A DNA stretch of 32,000 nucleotides from Clostridiales bacterium (GCA_017889345.1 JAGHEJ010000072.1:11805-43804), one strand, 5' to 3'; shown: positions 15,201-23,080, counted from the first letter of the stretch. A program made the numbers and translations. The notes: generated by a model not told the origin, from the letters alone.

Positions 15201-17918
15201 TAAATTTTCTGGATATTTCCAAGACAATTTACTTGAACATGCTACTATTTCACTTATTTCTGCTTCCAATTTAGGAGACTCAACTCTAAAATCAATTATA
15301 TTACTTGAATATTTGGCTCCTCCTATGTTGTAAACTATCTTAACACTATAAGTATCAGAATAATTTGGAACCTCTATAGTCGCTTTTTTTATTCTATTTA
15401 TATCTTCCCTTATTGTATAAACCGGTGCTGTTGGAAAAACATCATGTGTTTTTAATTTAAGAAATATATCTACTCTATCATTATTTGAAAACTCAACATC
15501 TGCTTGATTTATATCCCAACTCAAATTAATTGTCTTACTTCCTATAATACCATCTTCAGATAATCCATCAATTTTTTCATCCATTATTTTAAAATCACCG
15601 GTTACAAATTCAGTTTCACTTATAAATTTCGTTCCCTGACTAGTTATAAGTTCTAACTTAGCTCTATAGTTTAAATTCGGACTCAATTCTTTAATCGTAT
15701 AAGTTCTAACTTGATCAAAATCTATACCTTGAAATCCATGCATTATTTTTGCATCAGGAACAGCTGGATATTCAAATCCATCTTTTTTAAAATAAATATT
15801 TAAAGTATCATTTTCCATTATTAGATAATTATTAGGATACTTCCATTCTAATTTAACAGATGTACCAGATGCAGATTGAACATTTAATCTTAATGGCGTA
15901 TACTCAAATGTGGTTTTATATGTTTCATACCCATTTGAAAATTCTGCAATATATCTATTTCCATTAACCAAAGCTTCTGTTAATTTAACCTTATTAGTTC
16001 CACCCTTTATATTAGTAAATACATTTTTAGTTTCATTACCATTCATATGAAGTATTTTAATTTTATTTTGAGATGTATTTGAACTCATAATAGAATTTAA
16101 TTTTTCATCTAATGTAATTTCAAGTCCATCACTGCCATCAACAAGCGTTCCAACTATAACTGGATTAAATAATATTGAAGAATCTGAGGATTTAAAATAT
16201 ATCAAACTACTTATATTGTTATAAGTTACAATATACTTACCGCCAAATATTAATGATACATCATTAAATTTAAATTCTTTTGATCCATTTGCTGTAGCTA
16301 CATATTCCTTTCCGTTATCATCTATAATTGACATTTTTTCTCCAGTAATTACATCTTGATTTTCTATGAAAAGCGAAAAATCATATCCGTTACTCGAATT
16401 AGAAGGTGTCAAATTTTTTATAGTTACATCTAAAGACTTAAATTCAATTAAATCTGCATAAAAAGCAAAAGAAATATACGCATAAGACCAATCTTTACGA
16501 GTATTACTTGATTCTACTTTAAAATTATAACTGTTAAATCCTTGTTTCATATCTTTATATGGAATTTTAAAATTAGCACCTCTAACATCATGTTTTTTCC
16601 ATAAAAATTCAGATTTATTATTTATAACATCAAACCTGAATTCCCCACCTATCTGGTTCCTCAATGTATTATCATATAACGTAACATAGTGAGCTTTCGG
16701 AAATCCATCCCATGAATGAGGACATGCATGTTGATATTCATTATTAAAAGGTTGGATTTCATCAATTTTATATCCAGTATCATCCATCGATGTAAATATT
16801 TCTAATCCTTCCCATACATTAGGATTTATTTCTGAATCTCTGAATGATATTTGAAATAATTGTTCATATAATATTCGCCCAGTTTTCTTATCCGATACAA
16901 TACATTTAATATCACTTGGTTCCAAAGTTCCCAAATATTCATCAGGAACCCTAAATGCCAAAGACTCTGTTATTACTCCTGTTGATTCAACTGGCTTTAA
17001 TCCTTTTTTAGAATTACTAAGTATAAGTTTTAAAACCGTAGTTTCTCTCATATCTCTATGAATATGTATCTGATGTGGCACAAAACTAAGCATTTTGCTT
17101 TCTTTTGCATAAAAAAACTCAATTTCATTAGGTACAGCTGTTGTAATAATTTCACGATTAGATTTTAAAACTGTTGAAACTATCCTATCAAAATTATTAT
17201 TATCAGCATAAAGTCTAATTATATAGTCCTTATTCACTCTAAATAAAGATGATAAATAAGGTAGCGTTATTTTATAATTATCTTTAATTAATTTATCTTT
17301 ATCAATTGTAATTGTATCCATATCTATCTTAGTTAAATCTGCATTTAAAATATCTAACTTAAGCTTATTTGCATCATCAATTATTTTTTTACAATTTTTA
17401 AAATCTATAATAATATCTTGAACACAACAACTCTGACTTGAAGGATTTATTACCAATTTACTAATTTCAATTTTAGGATTGAAAATCTCATTTTTATCTG
17501 TAAACTTAAAAGAATTTATAAACTTTAAAGTTTTTTCTAAATCTGAATCATAAACTTCTAATTCAACATCATAAATATTATCATGTTCAAAAGAATCTAC
17601 TGAAAGCCACTTAATACCTAAATTATCTAACATTTGTTCTGGCTTATCATTTTTTCTTTTATTGGGATCAGCATTTTTAACACTAAATGATTCGACGGTC
17701 ATTGTGTATGTAATTCTATCACTCAAATCAAAAGATATCCCTCCCATCTCAGCTTTTATAATATATCCAGGAGCAATAGAATCAAGTTGAGTTGAGAAGG
17801 CCTTAGCCTCCTCAATTTTATTAAATAAGTTATTTGTATTATTAGAAAATGGAATAAGCTCTATTAAAAATATACAAACTAATATGTTAACTAAAATTCT
17901 CCTAAAAATCCTTTTCAT
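11859..17918 (-). CDS. Giant secreted repeat protein (2019 aa): unique N-terminal region of about 670 aa, 11 alternating A/B FN3/Ig-like modules, and a C-terminal DUF4214-like domain
   Basis: The long uninterrupted ORF has a GGAGGGGA RBS and sits 24 nt after the upstream paralog. Its N-terminal leader is MKRIFRRILVNILVCIFLIELIPF. The A-module motif W-x-YP recurs with Trp codons at 15845, 15221, 14594, 13355 and 12761. The C-terminus EEFVTNIYIFAFERYPDENGYSYW...LIKVLYQIVVNREADQEGLEFW fits the two-half DUF4214 pattern. Confidence 0.9.
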   Translation of the reverse strand: MKRIFRRILVNILVCIFLIELIPFSNNTNNLFNKIEEAKAFSTQLDSIAPGYIIKAEMGGISFDLSDRITYTMTVESFSVKNADPNKRKNDKPEQMLDNLGIKWLSVDSFEHDNIYDVELEVYDSDLEKTLKFINSFKFTDKNEIFNPKIEISKLVINPSSQSCCVQDIIIDFKNCKKIIDDANKLKLDILNADLTKIDMDTITIDKDKLIKDNYKITLPYLSSLFRVNKDYIIRLYADNNNFDRIVSTVLKSNREIITTAVPNEIEFFYAKESKMLSFVPHQIHIHRDMRETTVLKLILSNSKKGLKPVESTGVITESLAFRVPDEYLGTLEPSDIKCIVSDKKTGRILYEQLFQISFRDSEINPNVWEGLEIFTSMDDTGYKIDEIQPFNNEYQHACPHSWDGFPKAHYVTLYDNTLRNQIGGEFRFDVINNKSEFLWKKHDVRGANFKIPYKDMKQGFNSYNFKVESSNTRKDWSYAYISFAFYADLIEFKSLDVTIKNLTPSNSSNGYDFSLFIENQDVITGEKMSIIDDNGKEYVATANGSKEFKFNDVSLIFGGKYIVTYNNISSLIYFKSSDSSILFNPVIVGTLVDGSDGLEITLDEKLNSIMSSNTSQNKIKILHMNGNETKNVFTNIKGGTNKVKLTEALVNGNRYIAEFSNGYETYKTTFEYTPLRLNVQSASGTSVKLEWKYPNNYLIMENDTLNIYFKKDGFEYPAVPDAKIMHGFQGIDFDQVRTYTIKELSPNLNYRAKLELITSQGTKFISETEFVTGDFKIMDEKIDGLSEDGIIGSKTINLSWDINQADVEFSNNDRVDIFLKLKTHDVFPTAPVYTIREDINRIKKATIEVPNYSDTYSVKIVYNIGGAKYSSNIIDFRVESPKLEAEISEIVACSSKLSWKYPENLVVTNQHRLKVYYKKSNDMEYKEVFYLDNKYNGFLSNTSYVFSNLQSNTDYIAKIEFKVGEREVAGVKEDVKQVIEIPFKTKKLGLQNFRVEKLGGLKVKVKWDLSDKSYKYRYGDKVEVYLKDKQASEYSAAPRVSVHHLKDELEHLSEVELYVWSYNKSYDVKVVYVMGLIEEPGYVSFSMDLGKMDFIMESITDNSIKVKWSYPEGYSIYNGDRLDVSVKPKDGSGDAITVTKSGKGELESFVEHEFTNLTTNKDYILSLDFKPEKADLIHKEYTFVCKSGLQILSLESMAINSSSVNLKWNNYNNGVELGSSDKLEIFVKEKSNGNNGDFNDVKAVFEKVGDIKDITTYTVTNLDVNKEYVFRVKYTFNNNSGNPVYRDVVGKPELVKFNASVVDTNVMGVKLEIIYPEGYEKVKGDILDIYIKPYKSENYNANPNFSAIHGDEEGQVDLNEITLLDIFGLAPGGEYKAKVVLWPDGGNSHKIEKEITFKTNEISGIQEAKVLEVMDHVVKVGIRLDSENIIYSNDDACKVYIKKKTEENYPKEPNGESLSSALNEEQSVSAYFDELNTEYDLKVVVTIGGVNFEKVIDFTSKVDDINVAVKEFNPMTAQIEWKYPSNYTLIDGESVKIFIKYKDEEDFLETPDLELIQSDELDLSNINLIELSALVPDTEYDVKLELNLLEVQIPSNSVSFRTTGFEIQDLNVKGVSGNNIAIGWRLDKEGLEFIDNYDNLAVFIKGPDEAEYDFSKPAVEHISNLSEIRTTSFSVDSDMDSFDILLSYLIEDYEAFAEIKFGTIGLYVEDTDEGVLISWEYPSNLVLENDDRLDIYLKDAYASSYDKDPIFRYVHGKDGNLEEVTEIILEDIPQGDYKLKFLLITQENNYDPFEIEFTTGEIGDAIKLSVKEKATNRGIIISNEGIDIDYSRSIKVTPDGLNVEEVEGGEYFMVTNLVPGKEYDSIVINADTIDGENVVLMVNDVLIEPETLLEEFVTNIYIFAFERYPDENGYSYWLEKLMEKKDITGKYVLYNLMFAEREFSDRNLPDEELIKVLYQIVVNREADQEGLEFWINEYNTVYLPQANGDSYEAQKAIVTRMLYEQEFKNLCEEMGILW
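12550..15890 (-). repeat. In-frame array of alternating A/B modules, each about 100 aa (period about 594-627 nt per A+B pair), in the 2019-aa protein
   Basis: A modules include VKLEWKYPNNY, KLSWKYPENL, VKWSYPEGY, LEIIYPEGY, IEWKYPSNY and ISWEYPSNL. B modules include INLSWDINQADVEF, VKVKWDLSDKSYKY, VNLKWNNYNNGVEL, VKVGIRLDSENIIY and IAIGWRLDKEGLEF. The repeats are diverged at DNA level. Confidence 0.8.
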
Positions 17919-17942
17919 TTTCCCCTCCTAAATATTTGTTCA

Positions 17943-18340
17943 TTACCAATTTATCCCCATTTGTTCACACAATCTTCCGAATTCTGGTTCATATACCATT
18001 CTTAAAACTACTGTCTTTTTAGCTTCATATTTATCCCCATTAAATTTTTGAAGATATTGATTATATATAGCTATCCAATAACTTAATCCCTGAGCATCGT
18101 ACTCTCTATTTACAACAATTTGATACAAAACTTTTATTAAGTCTTCATCACTTAAATTTCTATTTGCAAATTCTTTTTCTGCAAACATTAAATTTATCAA
18201 AAAATATTTACCAGACATATTTTCATTTTCTTCAAGCTCTTGTTTCCAATAATTATAACCACCTTCATCTGGTTCTCTATCAAAAGCAAAAAAATACGAG
18301 TTTCTTAAAAATTCCTCTAACAATGTACTTGGCTCTAATG
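17943..18340 (-). repeat. Conserved C-terminal domain, copy 2 (paralogous to 11859-12262)
   Basis: The sequence is EPSTLLEEFLRNSYFFAFDREPDEGGYNYW...DEDLIKVLYQIVVNRE...CEQMGINW. It shares an identical 13-aa block, LIKVLYQIVVNRE, with copy 1. Confidence 0.8.
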
Positions 18341-21300
18341 TAAACTCTCCTATAGACAATCTAACTTCATTTCCATCTACATCTTGTGTAACCAATAAAA
18401 CATTTTCATAATGCTTACCTGGTACAATTTTATCTATAACAATTACTTCTGTACCATCATCTAAGCTATCATAGTAAGATTCTCCACCTATACTATTTGC
18501 AACTTCTGATGTTGTATCCAAATTATATTCTTCTGGTAACGCTATATCTATCCAATTCCCAACTAACTCGCTAACAATTTCTACCTCTAAAGCTTCCCCT
18601 TCTGGTACGCTATATATAATTCCTAACGGAAATACTTTCATTTGTTTACCTTTAATTATTACACCTACCTTTGAAAAATAAGATATGTTCTTCAAAGGTA
18701 TATTTGTTAAAGAAGATAAGTCTTGTTTCTTTGAAAATTCTTTTTTATAATCAGATTCTCCTTGATTACATACAAGCACCTCTAACTCATCATTTTTTTC
18801 AAAAGATATTTCTGGTGGATATGTTAAAAGTAAGCTAATACTTCCATCTCCATTGTCCTCAAATCCTAAATTTATAACTCCTGCCGACATTTCCTTAGAA
18901 ATACTTTTATCTCCAATTACATAATCAACCTTAATATCGTACACTAAAGTAACGTCCTCAACTAAAAAGCGTGCACTATTTATCTGGTTTAAGTTATCTG
19001 TGAATGTATATAATAAATTATCTTCACTCCATGATTCTTCTGAATTTTTCATATAAACTTTTATTGAAGAATTTTCCTCAATAAAATCCACATCATTTGA
19101 GCTTAATTTCCATTCCATATCAAATTCAAAAGGTTTAATCGTTGAAAACTTCAATTCTGAAATTGATAAGTCTTCTGTCTTTAACTCTATCTCCTTCAAT
19201 TTCTTACCAACATCATATAAATCCAAAACAATTTTTACATTATATGAAGTATTTGGCATAAGCTCAGTTATTAAAACACTCTTAAAATCCTGTAAATATA
19301 ATCCTTCCTCCTCATCATGCTCCATAAAATACATTGGCTCTTCACTATAATCATTTTCAGTACTCTCTTTTACAAAAATCGAAATAGTTTCACCAGTTGT
19401 TATTAAATAATTTTGAGGATAATTCCATTTAATGAGACCAGATGTTGGATATGTTTTAACTACCTCTGCATTTATATCATCAACAGTTGTACTCATCTTC
19501 AATTCTTTCTCAAATTTTTTATCTCCAAGTTCAAATACAACTTTAACATCATAATTTGTATCAATTTTATCTACAAATACAAAAGCATCTTGTTGAAGAT
19601 AAATTTCTTCAATTGTTTCATTTGCCTCTTCTGGATATTTTCCATTTTCTTCCTTATAAAAAATTTTCATAACGTCATTTGGATTAAACATAAAGTTTTC
19701 TCCATTCTTCCATCTAATAATTCCTGTAATATCACTTAAATGCTCTATTGTCATATCTTTAATATCTATTAACGGTGTTGTTAAATCTACTTCTTTTTGA
19801 ATTGGATTACTTTTATAAGACTTTGCTGTAAACTTTGCTGTAAATTTATATTTAGTTTCATAGTCAAGACCTACAAGCTCAATTACTCCCATTTCATTAA
19901 TTTTTAATCCATCTTTTCCTTGCTCAAATGTTGCTATTAAATCTTCAGTAGAATTTTCTTCTCTCGAACTCTTTGATGAATTAGAATCTTCAGCTGATGG
20001 TTTTTCTGCATCTCCAACTTTTTTTAAGAAAACTTCTATTTTATCTCCATCCTTCAAGGTATAATAACTCTCAAAACCAAAATCCAAATTTATTTTGTTT
20101 TGAACAACGTCCACCAACTCAAAAGAAAACACATCAAATTTATTGTCATATATATCTTCTTTTGTAGCTGTAATTTTTGTATCTTGTGAACTTCCTGAAC
20201 GAACATTTTCATCATCAACTCCCGACGTACTACTATCTGCACTTACTGATGTTTTATTTGATTTAAAAATTTGTTTCTTAGAAAATACGTTTACTTGACG
20301 TAATTTTGTTTTATATGTTGATGCTGCTGGTGGTGAAGAAGGAGTTTGAGATGCTGCTGCTCCACCTCCTCCTGATTGTTGTTTAGTTTCTTCATATTTA
20401 AATGTAATTTTATATTTTTCAAATTTATCTAAAGCTAAATCTTTCTTCTCATAATTATCTAAATTTGTAACTGTATCTCCAGATGCTCCATCTGTATTTG
20501 AAGATGCAGTTTTTGATTTATCTATAATAACTTCTTTGCTTTTAGATTTTTTTGTTATAGATTTCTGTGAAATATTTCTAGAGTCTTGTTTTTCCTCACT
20601 AGTTACCTCAAAATTTATCGGTGTTCCCTTAGGATCATAATCATAAGGAGCATACTCAGCTCTTGCTTCAACTTGTTTTTCAGTTTTTTTGTTATAAGAT
20701 GTTCTAACAATTTGTGGATTTTCAGAATTATTAATATCAACTATATAAAGTGTTTCTTGAATTACTGAATTATCTTTTGTAACTCTAACTTTAAAATCAT
20801 AGTTATCTTTTTGAGGATCCTGAGATTGTTGTTGTTCTGTTATAGTTGCTGGTGAATTAATACTACTTATTGAAACTTCAATAATGCTTCCATTATTTAA
20901 TTCTGTTCCATTTTGAATTTTCTCAACCTTATTATTTTCAGGATAACTTTCCTCTGCACTTTTCTTCCAAAAAATCTCAACTTTATCTCCATTATTAAGA
21001 TTTAAATTTTCTGGCAATTCTAATTTGAATTGAACTTTTTTACTCGAAGTTCTTGGGGAATTATCATCTCTTGTTTGTACTCCTGCAGTAGAATCTTCAA
21101 CCTTAACTCCAAAAGTAATTTCAGGTAACTGGATTTTATGACTTATATATTTAAAAATCTCTTTACCTCCGATAGACATATAAAATTTAATGTTATATTT
21201 TGTGTTGTACTTTGGTAAAGTTAATTTTGCATTTTTTGTCTCTGCTAAATTTTTACTTTCATCTGATTTTTGGGTAATAGTAAAAGATTCTGAATAATTT

Positions 21301-22514
21301 TCTGTCCCTACCTCTTTTATAGAAATTTTTATGAAATCATTTTCATAAAAAGAAATACTCTCTCCTTCATAATCCCAACTAATAGTAATTTCATTATCTT
21401 TATTGTTTGAAGCTTCTCCTTCTTTTGCAGGCTCTCCAACTTTTAAATCTTTAACTTTAAAATCTTTTGTTTCAAATTTATACTCATTCTCTTTCTTTAT
21501 TGGAATGGTTTTCCCCAACTCATCAATTACATCAACAATAAATTGAACTTTAATGTTGTATGTTGTTTTAAATTTCAAATTAGTAGCTAAATATTCTTTT
21601 GTTTTTAATAATTCTTCCTTACCTTTTGCTTTTATAATTGGATCTTTTAAAAAATCAACGAGCTTTTCTTCTTTCAAAAATATATGTAATTCACTATTAT
21701 CATTCAAAATTTCTTCATCTAAAAAAGACCATACAAACTTTGCAGAATTCATTTGAACTTCTTCAACTTTAAAGTCAACACCTTTTGCTAGAGATTCTAA
21801 CCAAAAAACTTCACTCTCTATTTTATTTCCACCTAATAAATAACAAATTTTAAAATCATATATATCTTCAAAATTTGGAAGAGATAATTCAGCTGTAGTT
21901 ACTTTATCTTTTGTTTCATAGGAAGGAGTTTTTGGAAAACTATCGTCGCTTATTTTCTTCATATATATTTGAATTTTATCTCCATCTTGAAATTCAATAT
22001 CTGGATCACTTACTTCCCAATCTATTGATACAGTTTTCTTATAGAGTATATCCTCTTCAATATCTTTGATTTGTATATCTTTTATCTCAAATTTATTTGT
22101 TGTAAAACTTGTTTCACTCGTATAGATATCTCCATTTAATGTGACTAACTCAAATTTTGCTGTATAATCAATTCCTGGCTGCAATGATTTTGCTTCAAAA
22201 CTTGTAATTGAACTTAAATCAACATCATCTTGTTTATGAGCTACAGAATATATTGGAGTTGATCCGTTTTCTCCAATCTCTGAGTCAAAAACAATTAAAT
22301 TTATATAATCCCCAATAGAAAAACTCATTTCTTCTGGATAAGTCCAAGAAAATTTTGCATAACGAGTTGTAGCATTCTCAACATTTAAACTTACTTCACC
22401 ACTACTTTTTGTGCTTTTACTTTTACCAAATACACTTACATCAACCGATATACAATTCATAAGAAAAATGCTCAAAACAATTAGACTCACAGTTCTTAAA
22501 AATTTTCTAACCAT
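17943..22514 (-). CDS. Giant secreted repeat protein (1523 aa): two blocks of A/B FN3/Ig-like modules split by a low-complexity linker, plus a C-terminal DUF4214-like domain
   Basis: The long ORF has an AGGAAAGGAAGG RBS and the leader MVRKFLRTVSLIVLSIFLMNCISV. A-module Trp codons lie at 22346, 21731 and 19427. B modules include VSIDWEVSDPDIEF and DMEWKLSSNDVDF. The central S/T/K/Q-rich segment contains QQSGGGGAAASQTPSSPPAAS. Confidence 0.9.
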   Translation of the reverse strand: MVRKFLRTVSLIVLSIFLMNCISVDVSVFGKSKSTKSSGEVSLNVENATTRYAKFSWTYPEEMSFSIGDYINLIVFDSEIGENGSTPIYSVAHKQDDVDLSSITSFEAKSLQPGIDYTAKFELVTLNGDIYTSETSFTTNKFEIKDIQIKDIEEDILYKKTVSIDWEVSDPDIEFQDGDKIQIYMKKISDDSFPKTPSYETKDKVTTAELSLPNFEDIYDFKICYLLGGNKIESEVFWLESLAKGVDFKVEEVQMNSAKFVWSFLDEEILNDNSELHIFLKEEKLVDFLKDPIIKAKGKEELLKTKEYLATNLKFKTTYNIKVQFIVDVIDELGKTIPIKKENEYKFETKDFKVKDLKVGEPAKEGEASNNKDNEITISWDYEGESISFYENDFIKISIKEVGTENYSESFTITQKSDESKNLAETKNAKLTLPKYNTKYNIKFYMSIGGKEIFKYISHKIQLPEITFGVKVEDSTAGVQTRDDNSPRTSSKKVQFKLELPENLNLNNGDKVEIFWKKSAEESYPENNKVEKIQNGTELNNGSIIEVSISSINSPATITEQQQSQDPQKDNYDFKVRVTKDNSVIQETLYIVDINNSENPQIVRTSYNKKTEKQVEARAEYAPYDYDPKGTPINFEVTSEEKQDSRNISQKSITKKSKSKEVIIDKSKTASSNTDGASGDTVTNLDNYEKKDLALDKFEKYKITFKYEETKQQSGGGGAAASQTPSSPPAASTYKTKLRQVNVFSKKQIFKSNKTSVSADSSTSGVDDENVRSGSSQDTKITATKEDIYDNKFDVFSFELVDVVQNKINLDFGFESYYTLKDGDKIEVFLKKVGDAEKPSAEDSNSSKSSREENSTEDLIATFEQGKDGLKINEMGVIELVGLDYETKYKFTAKFTAKSYKSNPIQKEVDLTTPLIDIKDMTIEHLSDITGIIRWKNGENFMFNPNDVMKIFYKEENGKYPEEANETIEEIYLQQDAFVFVDKIDTNYDVKVVFELGDKKFEKELKMSTTVDDINAEVVKTYPTSGLIKWNYPQNYLITTGETISIFVKESTENDYSEEPMYFMEHDEEEGLYLQDFKSVLITELMPNTSYNVKIVLDLYDVGKKLKEIELKTEDLSISELKFSTIKPFEFDMEWKLSSNDVDFIEENSSIKVYMKNSEESWSEDNLLYTFTDNLNQINSARFLVEDVTLVYDIKVDYVIGDKSISKEMSAGVINLGFEDNGDGSISLLLTYPPEISFEKNDELEVLVCNQGESDYKKEFSKKQDLSSLTNIPLKNISYFSKVGVIIKGKQMKVFPLGIIYSVPEGEALEVEIVSELVGNWIDIALPEEYNLDTTSEVANSIGGESYYDSLDDGTEVIVIDKIVPGKHYENVLLVTQDVDGNEVRLSIGEFTLEPSTLLEEFLRNSYFFAFDREPDEGGYNYWKQELEENENMSGKYFLINLMFAEKEFANRNLSDEDLIKVLYQIVVNREYDAQGLSYWIAIYNQYLQKFNGDKYEAKKTVVLRMVYEPEFGRLCEQMGINW

Positions 22515-22590
22515 TCTTACCTTCCTTTCCTCTAAATTTTCTACAACAATCTTTTTAAAATAATTGTTAAATCTATAATGTTTCCTGAAA

Positions 22591-22619
22591 TTTTTACTAT
22601 TTTCGTGAAATAATGTAAA
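22591..22619 (-). promoter_or_regulatory. Weak candidate sigma-A promoter for the giant-protein operon
   Basis: On the minus strand the pattern is TTTACA (22614-22619), a 17-nt spacer, then TAAAAA(T) (22591-22596), about 75 nt upstream of ATG 22514. Such matches are common in AT-rich DNA. Confidence 0.3.
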
Positions 22620-22647
22620 AATAACAAATAAAAGGAGATTTCACTAA

Positions 22648-23034
22648 ATGAAATTAAAATTTTTTGTATTAGGTACAGTAGTAATTACTCTTAGTCTAGT
22701 TTTAATGTCTTGTTCAAATTCACCAAAACAATCTCGAACAATCATAGGCGAACTTTCTCCAAGCTCTCCTATCTCTGCAGATTTTTCAAAATTCTCTGGA
22801 GTTGAATCTTATAAATTTACAACTTCTACTGAATCAATTTTAAATTACGAAATTAAACTTAGAACAGGTAAAACTTCAATTTCTATAGTTGATGAAAATG
22901 GCAACGAATATTTAAATGCCACTGCTCCTATTAAAGACGTCATTACATTAAATCCTTCAGGAGAAACAACATACTATATTGACTTAACTTACGATAACGG
23001 AGTTGGTTCATATTCATTTTCTATCGACAAATAA
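22648..23034 (+). CDS. Small lipoprotein with a PPC-like (pre-peptidase C-terminal type) beta-sandwich pattern
   Basis: The 128-aa product has the leader MKLKFFVLGTVVITLSLVLMSCSNS, with a lipobox L-M-S-C, and an AAGGAG RBS. The C-terminal pattern is ESYKFTTSTESILNYEIKL...ISIVDENGNEYLNA...GETTYYIDLTYDNGVGSYSFSI. It resembles PPC domains (Y-F ... l-l-D-nG ... G-Y-i-v ... Y-l-i). Confidence 0.7.
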   Translation: MKLKFFVLGTVVITLSLVLMSCSNSPKQSRTIIGELSPSSPISADFSKFSGVESYKFTTSTESILNYEIKLRTGKTSISIVDENGNEYLNATAPIKDVITLNPSGETTYYIDLTYDNGVGSYSFSIDK

Positions 23035-23080
23035 TCTTAATGATATTTTTAAAAATTTAATTAATTAATATACATTTTAC

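Noticed and set aside
12220-21756. Short plus-strand ORFs inside the giant genes (12220-12429, 14092-14286, 19413-19739, 20586-20768, 21553-21756)
   Set aside because: They are all antisense to the long, repeat-structured ORFs. None has an RBS and their products are low-complexity.
11859-22514. Giant proteins as RTX/T1SS substrates, phage tail fibres or a mobile-element cargo
   Set aside because: DUF4214 is often seen in proteobacterial or cyanobacterial secreted proteins. Here, however, both proteins have N-terminal Sec leaders, no GGxGxD repeats, and no adjacent ABC/MFP export genes. No phage structural, integrase or transposase genes or flanking repeats are present.
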